This document shows, one piece after another, positions 13,101-25,569 of a stretch of DNA of 64,000 nucleotides. Origin of the DNA: Epiperipatus broadwayi (Eukaryota > Animalia > Onychophora); contig JAQFVV010000005.1 in the NCBI GenBank assembly GCA_028023455.1, positions 806,001-870,000 on the forward strand, given 5' to 3'. The position numbers and the translations under genes are program-made. Position 1 is the first letter of the stretch; each line of letters opens with the position of its first letter. The notes beneath the pieces are model-generated. The model was not told the DNA's origin. It saw only the letters and a program-made list of their open reading frames with translations, and did not search any database.

Positions 13101-13598
13101 AGATGTGGCAGCCGATATTATAGCAATGCACGAGCTTTAGGATACGTATATAAAATTGTTTTCCACTAAATAACATTTAAAATAGTTTTATTCAAAATAA
13201 AACTCAAATACTTATACATCTAGCAGTTATAATTAACACACATATATATCACAATTACCTAACATTAAAATTTCCCACCAGTGCTATCTATGTTATAAAG
13301 TTCAATATCAAGAAGGTAAAAAATGGTTTTCGTTAGTTAGTCATGATATTTGTTACATTTAATTCCAGCATACCATTCTGCACCTTCTAATTTCACACAA
13401 ACATAGACTTGTATATAAATCGAAACAATATTACATTTTTAATGAGTCATTTTATTCCATAAACTGCCATCTGGTGAAAAAAAAAATCAAGCAATCTCTC
13501 TTGGACATCAGGTGTCAGTATATAAAATAAAAGAGTGAACGGCATATTAGTTTTACTATCACTTCTTTTAATTTTTAGTGCTAAAAAATTGTTTCTTA

Positions 13599-13704
13599 AG
13601 TCTTGCATTGGTGGTCGAGAGGTCAGCGCGACTGCCTTGCACTTGCAGGCAGTTGCCCGGGTTGCGGGTTCGCGTCCCGGCCGATGCTATGACATTTAAA
13701 AAAA
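13599..13704 (+). mobile_element. Young tRNA-Gly-derived SINE, copy 2, with 16-bp TSD
   Basis: Head at 13605-13688 plus poly(A); TSD aaaaaattgtttctta at 13583-13598 and 13705-13720. Confidence 0.85.
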
Positions 13705-14295
13705 AAAAAATTGTTTCTTATATATATATACCTAAATTCAATGAGAAGCATTTGTATAAAGATAATAAAAATCATTTGTAATTAATGTTATCAATTTAAA
13801 TTTGAACATTTGTCGACTTGGCCGTTATATTGTTTGCAATTTGTTTTAAAATTCACTTCTCTTGTTACAGCTTAGTATTTGCAGTTTAATTAAAAATCGT
13901 TGAGGCGAATGAAAAGTGGTATCTTTTATTTGTATTCATTTTCTATAGTAATGATAGGCATTGTTAGTTGTGTTTCTGTTTATTGTAATATAGATGAAAT
14001 ATTTAGTTTTTAATAACAGTTTCCATATATTATTTTAATTAGAGCTCAGCTATGATATAAGTAAATTAAACAACCAATCATCTAGCAACAACATTTTTAT
14101 TACTCTGATCCCTATAAATTAAAAGTGGAAACTATACCTATCTTATATCCTAAAGTTAAATGAGATAGTTCAGATATTATTACATGTGTGGAAATTAAAG
14201 ACAATGAGATTTGAAATACCACAACCAAACAATTCTCTCATAAAAAGTTATATATATAGACAATTTTCGTGGATTTTATAAATGCAAATATTAAG

Positions 14296-14419
14296 ATAGA
14301 ATGACAGCCTGTTAAGCTAATTGCGCAGACGCTGTGAGAATGCGTCTGCGCAATTAGCTTAACAGGCTGTCATTCTATCGTAATTATAATCGCACGCAAG
14401 ACGTTATAAAATAAATGCT
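14296..14419. mobile_element. 124-bp young insertion containing a perfect 38-bp hairpin, flanked by 17-bp direct repeats
   Basis: Arms 14295-14332 and 14342-14379 are exact reverse complements; taaatgcaaatattaag occurs at 14279-14295 and 14420-14436. Confidence 0.8.
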
Positions 14420-15054
14420 TAAATGCAAATATTAAGTTTTTAACAAGATTTTGTGTATTATTTTACTAAGAGCTCATCTACAATATAACCAAGTAATCAA
14501 TCAATTAATAACTAGAACAATAAAATCAAATCACACCAGCAACAGTAATTTTATCATTGTATTCCTACAAGCCAAAAGTGAAAACCACTCTTAGCTTATT
14601 TTCTAGTTTTAAATAAGGCATAGTTTATATCGTAAAACATTATAAGTATAAAAGTTTAAAGCAATTTGACTTTTCAAATACGTCCATAAATAAACCTTAG
14701 CCTTCATTCTAATCAGTCAAAATTAGTAAACTGAAATCATATAATCAAACAATAGTATTATTAGTATGGCGCTATAAAGCAGAAGTGGAAACTACTATTA
14801 GCTAAGGAACATAGTTTAGACTAAATATTTTATATGTATGAAAGTTTAAAGTAATGTGATTTTTCAAATATTTTCACAAGTAAATAAATGGTAGCCTTCA
14901 TTCTGACCAGTTAACATTTTTCAGTTTTAATGATCTGACTATATATTAAAATCATAAAATTAAATACTACTTAACACTATACTAGTAATTATAAATAAAA
15001 TAGAAAATCAATATAAAATTACAATACTAGGCAAAAAAAAAAAAAATTTTACTA

Positions 15055-16100
15055 AAATTCTTCCACAACTATAGTTTCATCTATTAATAAATAGACCTTT
15101 TCCAATGAAATATCAACAAAACATACATGTATACACAAAAGAAAATATTCTCCCCATCATTCACTTGAATACTCAACTTCCTTTAACATCAAAGGATGTC
15201 TTCATGAGATTGATGGCCTCAGATTCAAAACATTTTATCATCAAAGTTTCTTCTTTTCAATTCACTTTTTATTTTATTTTATAAAAGATAACATCTGCAT
15301 TGTCAAATATTTTATGACCTGCATTCAGTTCACAAATATATAAAGCTGTTATTATATTTTAATTCTATTCTTATGAACTTGAACTCTTTCATTAAGACTT
15401 AATTTACTTTGACCTATATAAATTTTATGACAACTGCAAGGAATCTTATAAACTATTCCAGGAATAGATTTTCTGACAACTGACTGTTTTGAACTATTTA
15501 ATAATAAATTTAAATTCACTTTTTTTCCAGGCCACTTTCATACCATTCAATAAAAAATTATTCCTATAAATCACCATAGATAATCAATTTGTAAATGGAT
15601 TTACTTTTTAATTGGGTGGTATTAAAGTGGCCTAGAAGACTTGAATTTTAATTCATTATTAAAGTTCAAAACAATCAATTGATTACAAATCTATTCCTGG
15701 GGTGGTTTAAGATTCCTTGCAATTATCATAAAATTTATATAAGTCAGAGTAAATTAAGTCTTAATGAAAGAGTTAAAGTTCACAAGAGTAGAATTAAAAA
15801 TAGATATCAAGTCAGCTTTGTATATTCATGAACTGAATATAGGTCATAAAATATTTGTAATGCAGAGGTTATCTTTTATGAAAAAGAGTGAACTGAAAAG
15901 AGTAAAAAAAAAATTGATGATAAAATTTTTTGAATCTAAGGCTATCAATTTCATGAAGACATCCTTTGATGTTAAAAAAAGTTGGATGTTGAAGTCAATG
16001 ATATTGTTTTGCATATATATATATATATATTGTATGTTTTGCTGACTTTCACTTGAAAAGGTCTATTTGCTAATACATGAAAACAGTTGGGAAGAATTTC
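15055..16100. repeat. ~1.05-kb imperfect palindrome (~500-bp arms)
   Basis: For example aacatcaaaggatgtcttcatga / tcatgaagacatcctttgatgtt and ctttcattaagacttaatttact / agtaaattaagtcttaatgaaag. Confidence 0.85.
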
Positions 16101-17615
16101 AGGCTAGTATTGTAATATTATATGAATTTTCTATTTTATTAAAATCATATACTCAATATATAACCTATTATAAACATTCAAAATATAATTGTTGTGACCT
16201 ATTGGGATGAAAAATTTCAATTTATAATGAGATTTATTACAAAGGCTAATAGAAAAGAACACTTAAAAACCATCACATGATCACATTTCCTCTGTTTATC
16301 AACACTTAAAAACACTAAATTAAGATTTATATAATAAATGCAAACATATAAAAAATACTAGAACAGCAATCATCTCAACTACATAAGGCTTATATACCCA
16401 TTTGGATCACTTATCTTTAATTACAGTTATAATTATTTTTAATTGTTCTGCTGTGATTTTATTCACAAATTTGAAAATCTTAGTTTGGAAACTTATAAGT
16501 CATGTAAAAAAAGATTTAATAAAAATTGTAAAAATGTTATTGAACAAAAATGCTATGATTAAAACAATTGGTTAACTTATAGGCTGTGCATATACAAGAT
16601 ATTTTAAGCCTTTATGAAAAGTCATTAAGTTAGAAAGATGATATCATAGAGAATTTTTCAGTTTGAGAAAGTGGAAGCAAAATGATCTTTACAAGCATAA
16701 GTTTAATTGTGCATTTAGATAGATTTAAATTTTCACTTTAAGGCAGTAAACAGAAGTGACAAGAAAAAAAATCTAAGCCTGAAAGTGAACATTTTGCTAA
16801 TGCTTATTAGAATTTGTTCATATTTTTATAATTCAAAAATGTTTTTATTAAAATCAGACTGCACAGCCATTAATTTTTAAATGCATATTTTTTCAGTTTA
16901 AGTAGTTCTGTTGGTTAGTAACTTTATTCTAGACTGTGGTAGAATGGATTACCTCTAAATATATCTCAATGTATACTACAACCAATGAATATGATCTAGA
17001 ACCAATTAGCTTATTATAGCAATTCTTTACATATTTAGACATCCGATTGTTATTGAATTGTGAATAGAGAATGAAGTTCGGTCCTTAGTTGATGAGGTCT
17101 TTATAAAACGATCTCATTTTATTAATTTGACTGTATCTTTGTGATATATACATTTGACCAACTTGTCAATGGCTAATTAGTTTCAATATAATTTAAAACA
17201 TCTATAAAATCTACAATCTTTTATCAAAACAATCTCTATAGATAAAAGAATGATTCCACCTTTTATCCTGGTCTATGATCTTAAACAGATAATGATTGAT
17301 ACATGCTTATTTTATGTTAAAAAATTTGTTATATAAATTATCTGACATTCTAAAAGGAGCAATTTGTCAGATTTTATTGAGAATATGAACAATAGAATTT
17401 GAGAGATATAATTAGACAAAATGTCAAAATCAGAAATATATTATGTTGCACAAGTTGACACAAATCATTTTTAACTTTTTAGTTCTATTCTTTGGTCCCA
17501 TTTTCTAATTTAAAAATTAGAATGATCATACCTATTTACAAGTGATTTCTAATAATGATGATAAATTTACAAGTGTTATGACAAAAGCTTTACATTTTCG
17601 GTACTTTGGTATTAA

Positions 17616-17806
17616 AGCTGCAACATGGAGTATGTATTAGACCTACTGCGCTGGTTCACTGATAACTTTTTAATCTTGGGATCTGACAAAAATAATGTAT
17701 ACATGGATCTTGTACATGGTATTTTGGCAAGATTTACAAAGTTAGGGAAGTTGATACAAATGTGAACAGGTGCAGCAGGTCTAATACATGCTTCATGTTG
17801 CAGGAC
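17616..17806. mobile_element. Foldback MITE, TTAA|AGCTGCA start (Kolobok-like)
   Basis: gctgcaacatggagtatgtattagacctactgc...gttcac / gtgaac...gcagcaggtctaatacatgcttcatgttgcag. Confidence 0.55.
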
Positions 17807-17914
17807 TAAAAATAAATAAAAGTAAAAACAATATATTTATCATTTTCAATAAGAAATGTATAATTTTAAACAAGACATTCAAATATGTATGACCATGACC
17901 CTAACAACTTTTAA

Positions 17915-18700
17915 GAACATTTGAAATAAAAAAAAAGTTATTTGCGATCTTAATGAAGAACATTTGAAAGCAAAAAAAAAAAATGTGATTTGCGATCTGA
18001 ATAAAATGATAGCATTACATAAAAAATTGTTAAATACACACTAAACAAATAGTAAATGATTTTAGTTTTTAAATAATATTTATAAAAAGACATTAACTAT
18101 ATGTACAACTTTCACACTAACAACTTTTATGAACAACATTCCCAATCAAAAAAAGTGATCTGCGATCTTAATGAAATGCCATTACATAAAAAAATTGTTA
18201 CTAAACAGTAAATGATTTTGGTTTTTAAATAATATTTATAAAAACACATTAAGTATACTCTTACAATATTTACTGTGTAATATATAACAGGAATTGTCAC
18301 CTTGAAATAAAAAATTTAATATTATTACAGAAAATCAAGATCTGTACTAAAAATTTTCCCTCTAAAAATGTACATGTGATTGCAGAGTATGCTAGGATTT
18401 TCAACAGAAATTCTAATAAATGTATTTTTTTATAAACAAATTAAGCCAAAAAAAAAAACATATGAGACTGAAATGTCTAAGTACTACAAAAAAAATTGAA
18501 TCGTGTTGATAAAGAAAAACGTTTCCACATGGACTGGGATTTTCAACAGAAATGCTAATAAATGTATTTTTTTGTTATAAACAAATTAAACCAAAAAAAA
18601 AAAAAGGAACAAAACCACAAAAAAAAAAATACATATTAATTATGGGACTGAAAATATTGAAGTATTACGAAAAAAAAAAGATCAGTTGATAAACACATTT
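17915..18700. repeat. Two adjacent degenerate tandem duplications (~190-bp and ~140-bp periods)
   Basis: tgcgatct...cattacataaaaaa...agtaaatgatttt is repeated; ggattttcaacagaaat.ctaataaatgtatttttt is repeated at ~18396 and ~18537. Confidence 0.7.
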
Positions 18701-19287
18701 CTACACATATACTTGCAGGGTTATTTCATTTCAATTTGATGTCATCACACCATTACACATTTATTGTGGGTGTGAAAAGGCCTCCTATCTCCCCTACATT
18801 GCAGGTTTAATACCAAAGTACATTTTCTTATATCATGTTTTGTATTTCATGAAAAACCCAAGTAAATTTTCTAAACATTGTCTTTATTTCTTTCTCTGTC
18901 CAGAATATATACTCCTATAATTTGTATATATTTTAGTTAAACATAATTACTGTAATGTGGTTAGCAGGTAAACCTGTAGAGGCTATATATAACCAAAATT
19001 TTACATTGGGAGAATTGGTTCGTAATTTTACGCCGAAAAGTAGGTAATGATTGGTTTATTTGCAAGGGTGAATTAAAATTCATCTACAAATATTTCAGTT
19101 GCAATTAAAATATATGTTCAACATAGCAGCAAGTAATAATTGCCACTTTTCTAAGATTAAATATGAAATAATCATCTCTGGCTTGCATGTTTAAATATTA
19201 CACAATCAGTTTAAACCATACTTACCAGTGTGTATGTAACGCTATGAAAAGAGACAGATCAGCTGAACATTGATATAATAGGATGAT

Positions 19288-20445
19288 TGATATTCCATTA
19301 TAGTTAGCATGTTTAATCTCTTGCACATATAAGAAAGCTATATTTAGTTGAAATACATGTATTAAATCCATTGAACATTATGATAAACTAGGATTAAGCT
19401 GATATTCTATCATAGTTAACGTTTAATCTTTATGCACCTGAGAAAGCTATATTTAGTTGAAATATATGTATTATATCCATTTAATATTCTGAGAAACTAG
19501 GAATAAGCTGATATTTCATCATAGTTAGCATGTTGAATCTCTAGTACACCTGACGGTTATATTTAGTTAAAATAGATTCACTATATTCGTTTAACATTAA
19601 TTAGGATTGGCCTGATATTCCATCATAGTTAGCACCTTTAATCTCTAGCATACCTATCAAAGTTTTATTTAGTTGAAATATATACATTATATCCTTATAA
19701 TATTGGTATATTAGGATTAGGCTGATATTCCATCATAGCACATTTAATTTCTAGCATATGACAAAGCTATATTTCATTGAAATACATGTATTATATCTGT
19801 TTAACATTCGAATATACTAAGATAAAGCTGATATTTCATCATAGCTAGCCTGTTTAATCTTTAGCACATGACAGAGCTATATTTAGTTGAAACACATGTA
19901 TTACACCCATTTAACATTCTAATGTACTAGAATTAGGTTGATATTCCATTATAATTAGCATGTTAATCTTTAGCACACCTGGCAAAGCTATATTAAGTTG
20001 AAATGCATGTATTATATCTATTTAACATTCTGATGAACTAGGATTAGGCAGATATTCCATGATAGTTAGCACATTTGATCTCTAGCAGAGATGACAAAGC
20101 TATATTTAGTTGAAATATGGTATATCTGTTCAACATTCTAATAAACTAGGATAAGGCTGATACTCCATCACAGTTGGCATGTTTAATCTCTAGCACACCT
20201 GACAAAGCTATATTTAGTTAAAATACGTGTATGATATCCATATAAAATTGATATATTTGGATTAGGCTGATATTCCATCATAGCACGCTTAATTTCTAGC
20301 ACATGACAAAGCTATATGTAGTTGAAATTCATATATTATATCCATTTAACATTGATATACTAGGGTAAGGCTGATATTCCATGATAATCAGCACGTTTAA
20401 TCTCTAGACACATGACAAAGCTATATTTAGTTGAAATATGTTATA
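19288..20445. repeat. Tandem array, ~109-bp unit, about 11 copies
   Basis: Unit gatattccatcatagttagcatgtttaatctctagcacacctgacaaagctatatttagttgaaatacatgtatt...ctaggattaggct; starts spaced about 104-112 bp apart. Confidence 0.9.
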
Positions 20446-22491
20446 TGAATTTCAATAATCACTGTGTATATATATATATAATGATTTAAATCAAATATAT
20501 ATTAAATTTCCAATGCTTTTTATTAATTCAATTTTTATGTTTCAACTGTCCTTGAGACTTCTTCAGAATATCACTAAGATTACAACAGCAATCAAAGCAT
20601 AAAAATTGAATCAACAAAAAGCAGTGAACATTCAATTGCATTTATTTTAAAATTATTTTGATAACATTACGTAGCACATACACATTACATTTATAAATTG
20701 AAGTATTTTTTTCATAAAAAAAAAAAAATTAAATATATAAATGTCATAGGTTGTAATACCTGTTAAATTTTCATTTACATCAAATATTTTTACTATTTCT
20801 GATTCCTTCATCTATAGATTTAGAATGTTATATAGGTACTCTTAGCATTTGTTATTAGTAAATATATTAAACTGTTATTTAATGCTGACAAACTGAGATT
20901 AATTTCAGATGAGCGTACAAATGGGCAGTGTGTTCTAAGGGTCACGTCCAGTTTTTTTATGACTTTTTAAATCAGTTTACTCATCAAGTTACAGCAAATA
21001 TAAGTTTACATATCTGCATGAATAGATAAATATAATTTTTGATTTACATTCAGTATTTTTTTAAATGTTCGCTGTGAAGTTAAAAGTTTGAATTGTGTGA
21101 ATAATGATAACAGTTTATTGAAATAAAATCTAAAATGAAATTACATATGTTGCAGTTTATAAAAGGAGAGGATATTAGTTTTTTTTTTTTTTAAAAAAAG
21201 ATGTTTTTGTATTTAAAATTTTATGACCCAGTGAGTGATGAGAAATATCTTATAAGGCCTGCTGTTTAAAAAAGGTTTTTCCTGCCTAATATAAATAGAA
21301 TAACGCAAAATAACCTATGATCTAGTTCTTTTAAATGCTTCCTTACCTTGAAAATTAAAAAATAAATAATTTTTTTATAACCAAATTATCTTTTTTATGC
21401 AAAGCACTGGCGAAATCATGGCATATTTTACTATTTTTTATATGATTTTCTATTAATTTTTTTTTTTGCTTTTATATAGTATATATATTGTAAAAATTGA
21501 TGAAGGTGATAGTTTTTTTTAAAAAGAAAGTTTTCTAGGAAAATAGTAGTTTTCACTTTAAAAAATGAAACAAAATAAATTTAACTGACTTTTATATATG
21601 TGAATGTGCAATCACATATAATCGCACATACATGTTAGAACATATCAAATATTCACACACGTTTTAGATTTATATATGTAAGATTAAGAATGCACGCGTG
21701 CATTCTTTGAAATAAATATTTTAAAGATATGTGTAAAAAATATGCGTGGAAATTTATAGCTTGTTTAAGAGAATTAAAACTTCAAAGCCATTAGTTCAAA
21801 TGATTTTAAAATTAATTTGTGACATAGAAATTCCTAATCCCATTTTATTCTTCTTTAGATGACTTTTAAGCTCTATATTTGTGAGAATTATTCAGAATAA
21901 GGATGCTAAAATTATTTGAAACAATTTTTCTATTTTTTTTATATGGTTTTTTATTTAGGAAAATACATTTTGCGAAAGATAAAACTTTTTACTCAAATCA
22001 CATATTATTCAAGTCATGTGATCCAAACAAGTTTTAAAAGAGCTGGTTTTTCTACGAAGAGACATTTTAAAATTCAACTAAATTATGTAAAATGTACAAT
22101 ATGGAGAGTGAAGAAATTTAGCTGTAGTGGTCCCTTCTTAGCATACTTCCGTATTTAATTTAATTCCATATTCAAACACTATATCCTTCAAGTTATAGAA
22201 ATTACTTATATTATTATTAGCATGCTTGTTATATAACATTTGTAGTACAAGCTTATTCTCATGTGATATGACTTGATTTCCTTGCAATTATTGTTTTGTT
22301 CTCGAGGCTTTGGCAATTTTATATTGCAAAAACTATTAATAAATGGTGTACCTGAACTTAGTTGTTTCATACGACTATTTAAGTTAGATAGCTGGATTCG
22401 AAGACACAGATGTCTGAAAATTTCACATTTTCTACTTAATAGGTAACTATTAGAAAAATGCGGGGCTTGATCAGTATTTTTAAATCTAATA

Positions 22492-22552
22492 CCTGATTGT
22501 TCTAAGCACCTCACTGATGAAAACCAGGGCTAGAAACCGGTCTGACAATAGG
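22492..22552 (+). ncRNA. Candidate minimal type I hammerhead ribozyme
   Basis: tca-CTGATGA(22514-20)-aaaccagggcta-GAAA-CCGG-TC-tga. The core, palindromic stem III (ACCGGT) and stem I (tca/tga, attg/caat, cct/agg) are intact; stem II pairs poorly. Confidence 0.45.
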
Positions 22553-23117
22553 GATAACAGAAAATCTTGTTAAGAGCTATTACCATGCTCACTATATAAA
22601 ATTTGTAGTAGAAGCTTATTAAGTTTCATGATATATGTTTTGATTTCTTTTGCAATGGTATCACGAAGTTCACACTGTAAGTCAAATTTTTCTTATTGGC
22701 ACTTTTTACTTATTAAACTTAAGTTTACTATTTGTTTAATCTTCATTATAAAACTTTTTAATCTCAGTAAACTTTAAGCAAAATTATGTGGTCAAAATGA
22801 ACAGATTAACGGATCTCATAGGGAAAAAACAGTTAAACTTAAAAAATTTTAAGTAAAAAAAACTAATCTTAATAGACTATTAAAATGTGCTACTATGCAA
22901 AAGTTTATATAAAACTTCATTTAATACTAACAAGTTATTTATTGTTTTAGATTTCTTAAAGAGTTAAGGATTATAATTAAACCTGATAGCTATCAGTCTG
23001 TATTTCATTAAGTAGCTGTTTTAAGAAATTGTTATAGAAATAAGAGATTAGATAGATAATTCTAGTGATGTAGCTTTGTTTCAAAAAAGTCAATTTTATA
23101 AAGATTACTTGTAATTA

Positions 23118-24180
23118 CACCTGGGTCTCTTTTTATGTGGACTTATTTAACACGATTTTGAAGTTACGCGATTCGTGTTTCACCGAAAGTCGAACTCCGA
23201 TATTGCACTATTACTTTAAATAATAAATTTCGCGCACTTATGTTATATTGAAAGTAATAGCACATTATTGGAATTCGACTTTCAACTTAACAATTTCAAT
23301 ATTTTCAGTGCTTTATAATAGTAAGATTTTATGCAATAATGAAATTAAAATCATGATTTCCACATTTTATGTATACACACATTAAATTTTACAAGATTAT
23401 AATGTAAATTTGTTCAAACATTTTGCGTGTTAATTTTGCATTTTAAATCACATTCTGTTTTTGCTTTTTAAAAAAGAACGTAATCAATTATTAATCATTT
23501 AGTGTCCACAAGTTTATTTTTAAAAGGTCAGTAATAGCAGTGGGCACAATTAAATTTGACAATTAAAAATTAAAATCTGATTTTTAATTGTAATTAACAA
23601 TTTAAAAATTACTTACGGCGACTTGAAATAATGTGATGTGAAATTTGATTTTTAAACGGAATTGAAAATTAAAGCCAAAAATAAGAATTTAATTTTTAGT
23701 TGTTAGTTTCATAAACAATTAATAAAATCATCATCTCAAAGATTAATTACTAATTATGTTGTCACCCGAAAATCATTGACACAACATGAATGTGAAGTTG
23801 GCGCTAGTTGTTTGCAAACAAACGTGTTTTTCGGCAAATAGCTATAATAATTAAAACGTGTATAAAAAAATGTAAATTACTGTACTGTAAATTATGCATA
23901 AAAATATATTATTTTGAATAAAATTAAATATTATAGTTAAAAAAAGTGTCTTGTATCAATTTTTTTCAAATTTGAAATTTTTTATTAGTCATATTTTATT
24001 TCCTTATTTTTTTTTGCATGAATTTTAAAGTAATTTTATGTTAGTGCTTTGCTTTTACGCGAATTTTGAAAAATCACAGACCGTATCCCCTCTTTTTCAA
24101 TGTAAGTTACATCTATTTTTGCGCGATTTCGTTTGCGCGTGTTTTCTGAGGAACCTATCGCGTAAAACGAGACCCAGGTG
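23118..24180. mobile_element. Non-autonomous Tc1/mariner-pogo (Tigger-like) MITE, 1063 bp
   Basis: TA|cacctgggtctc(t/g)tttta(t/c)g ... cgtaaaacgagacccaggtg|TA; CpG-rich interior, no ORF. Confidence 0.8.
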
Positions 24181-24775
24181 TATATAAAGAAAAAGTTTTA
24201 TTCTTTTGCCATTTAAATTGGCTTATTATAGAATTGTATGTAAAAGTTGTAATTTGTTTGGAAAAAAAAATTGTTTGAAAAAGGGGTATTACTTTGAATA
24301 ATTAATTAAATAATACAAAGGAAATTTTTGATAGAAAGACTATTCCTGGAGTAGTATATATTATCCCTTGTTTTTGTAAGAAGGTATATATAGATCATAG
24401 TAGTTTGAGCTTAAATGAAAGAAAGTACATAAAGGTTAGAAATAAATACCTGTCCTGCATTATATATCCATGGAAAAAATACAGGCCACCCTTAATTTTT
24501 ATGAAGCTGATTGTCTTCTTTGAGAGAAATGAAATAAAATGAATTAAAAAATGTTTACTAGAAATTTATAATTCTGAAGCAATTAACTTATTTAAAAGTT
24601 CTTTTAATATTAAGGATGTAAATGGAATTGTGGGTAATGTTTAGTATAAATATATTATCTTGTAGTGCTTTACACTTGAGAAGTCTACATGTAGCAAACT
24701 GTGTGTTTTAGAGTTTATTTTCTTTGGCTAGTCTAGTTGAGTTATGAATTTAGGGTAATTTTGGTTAGTCTGAAT

Positions 24776-25569
24776 CAGGAATTGGCAACCTTTTACAAAA
24801 AGAGCCATTTTTAGAATTATATTTAACAAAATAATACCTATGATGATGCAAGTCAGCAATTTGAATTATGAAATACACATTTTTTGAAAATTGAGCCTAA
24901 AACATTGTTGTGAAAATGGGTTTATTTGTACTTTGCTTAAAGGTATAGTAAAAAATGAGTGATTTTAAACATTCTTCCATACAAATTAACACTTCTGTGC
25001 TCAAACAATATGCTGGGATTTCAAATATTTTAGAATATATTTAACTTGTATGAATAATAAAATTAAAATATATACTTCATAAAAAAATAAATAGTTTCTA
25101 ATGAGATTTTTGTTGATGAATTTCTAAAGAAAGTTTATCAAAATTCGGTAAATGTGATGTTACTTTCATTTTCAAACAAGATAGCAGATTCACACTGTTC
25201 GGATGATTTCTTAGTTTATTTTTAATAAAATTTGTGTTCGAAAATATGTTTGCAAAAATATGTTGATCCAAAAATCGACAGAAATCCAAATGCATAAGTT
25301 TTTAATTGAATATAAGTATCAGGCAATAATATAAAATAATAAAGGAATAAGTAATTTATATATTTTGCGATGGTAAAATTAACTCGTACAATATTCATTC
25401 AACATCGACTGATGACAAATCGCGGCATATGAACTGAAGCGTGTGCAGAACTTTCAAAGAATAATATCATTATTGTATATGAATATTGTTTAAATACTCA
25501 GTGAAAAGCCAGAATGGTTATGCTCAAAGAGCCATACTTGGCTTGCAAGCTATAGGTTGCTGACCCCTG
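24776..25569. mobile_element. Non-autonomous hAT (Charlie/SPIN-like) element, 794 bp
   Basis: TIRs caggaattggcaacc / ggttgctgacccctg; 8-bp flanks gtctgaat / gtctagat resemble the NTCTAGAN hAT target. Confidence 0.75.

Noticed and set aside
19217-19225. ATACTTACC resembling the U1 snRNA 5' end (also 43383)
   Set aside because: No further U1 sequence follows; it is just the reverse complement of a donor consensus.
19288-20445. CRISPR-like array
   Set aside because: Whole units are homologous with no unique spacers; eukaryotic context with no cas genes.
21341-21370. Minus-strand recursive splice motif ttttcaAG|GTAAGG
   Set aside because: It lies 8.7 kb beyond the NXNL stop, with no evidence of a transcript covering it.
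21916-22158. ORF with SFKRAGF (pogo-like)
   Set aside because: A single short motif with no DDE context.
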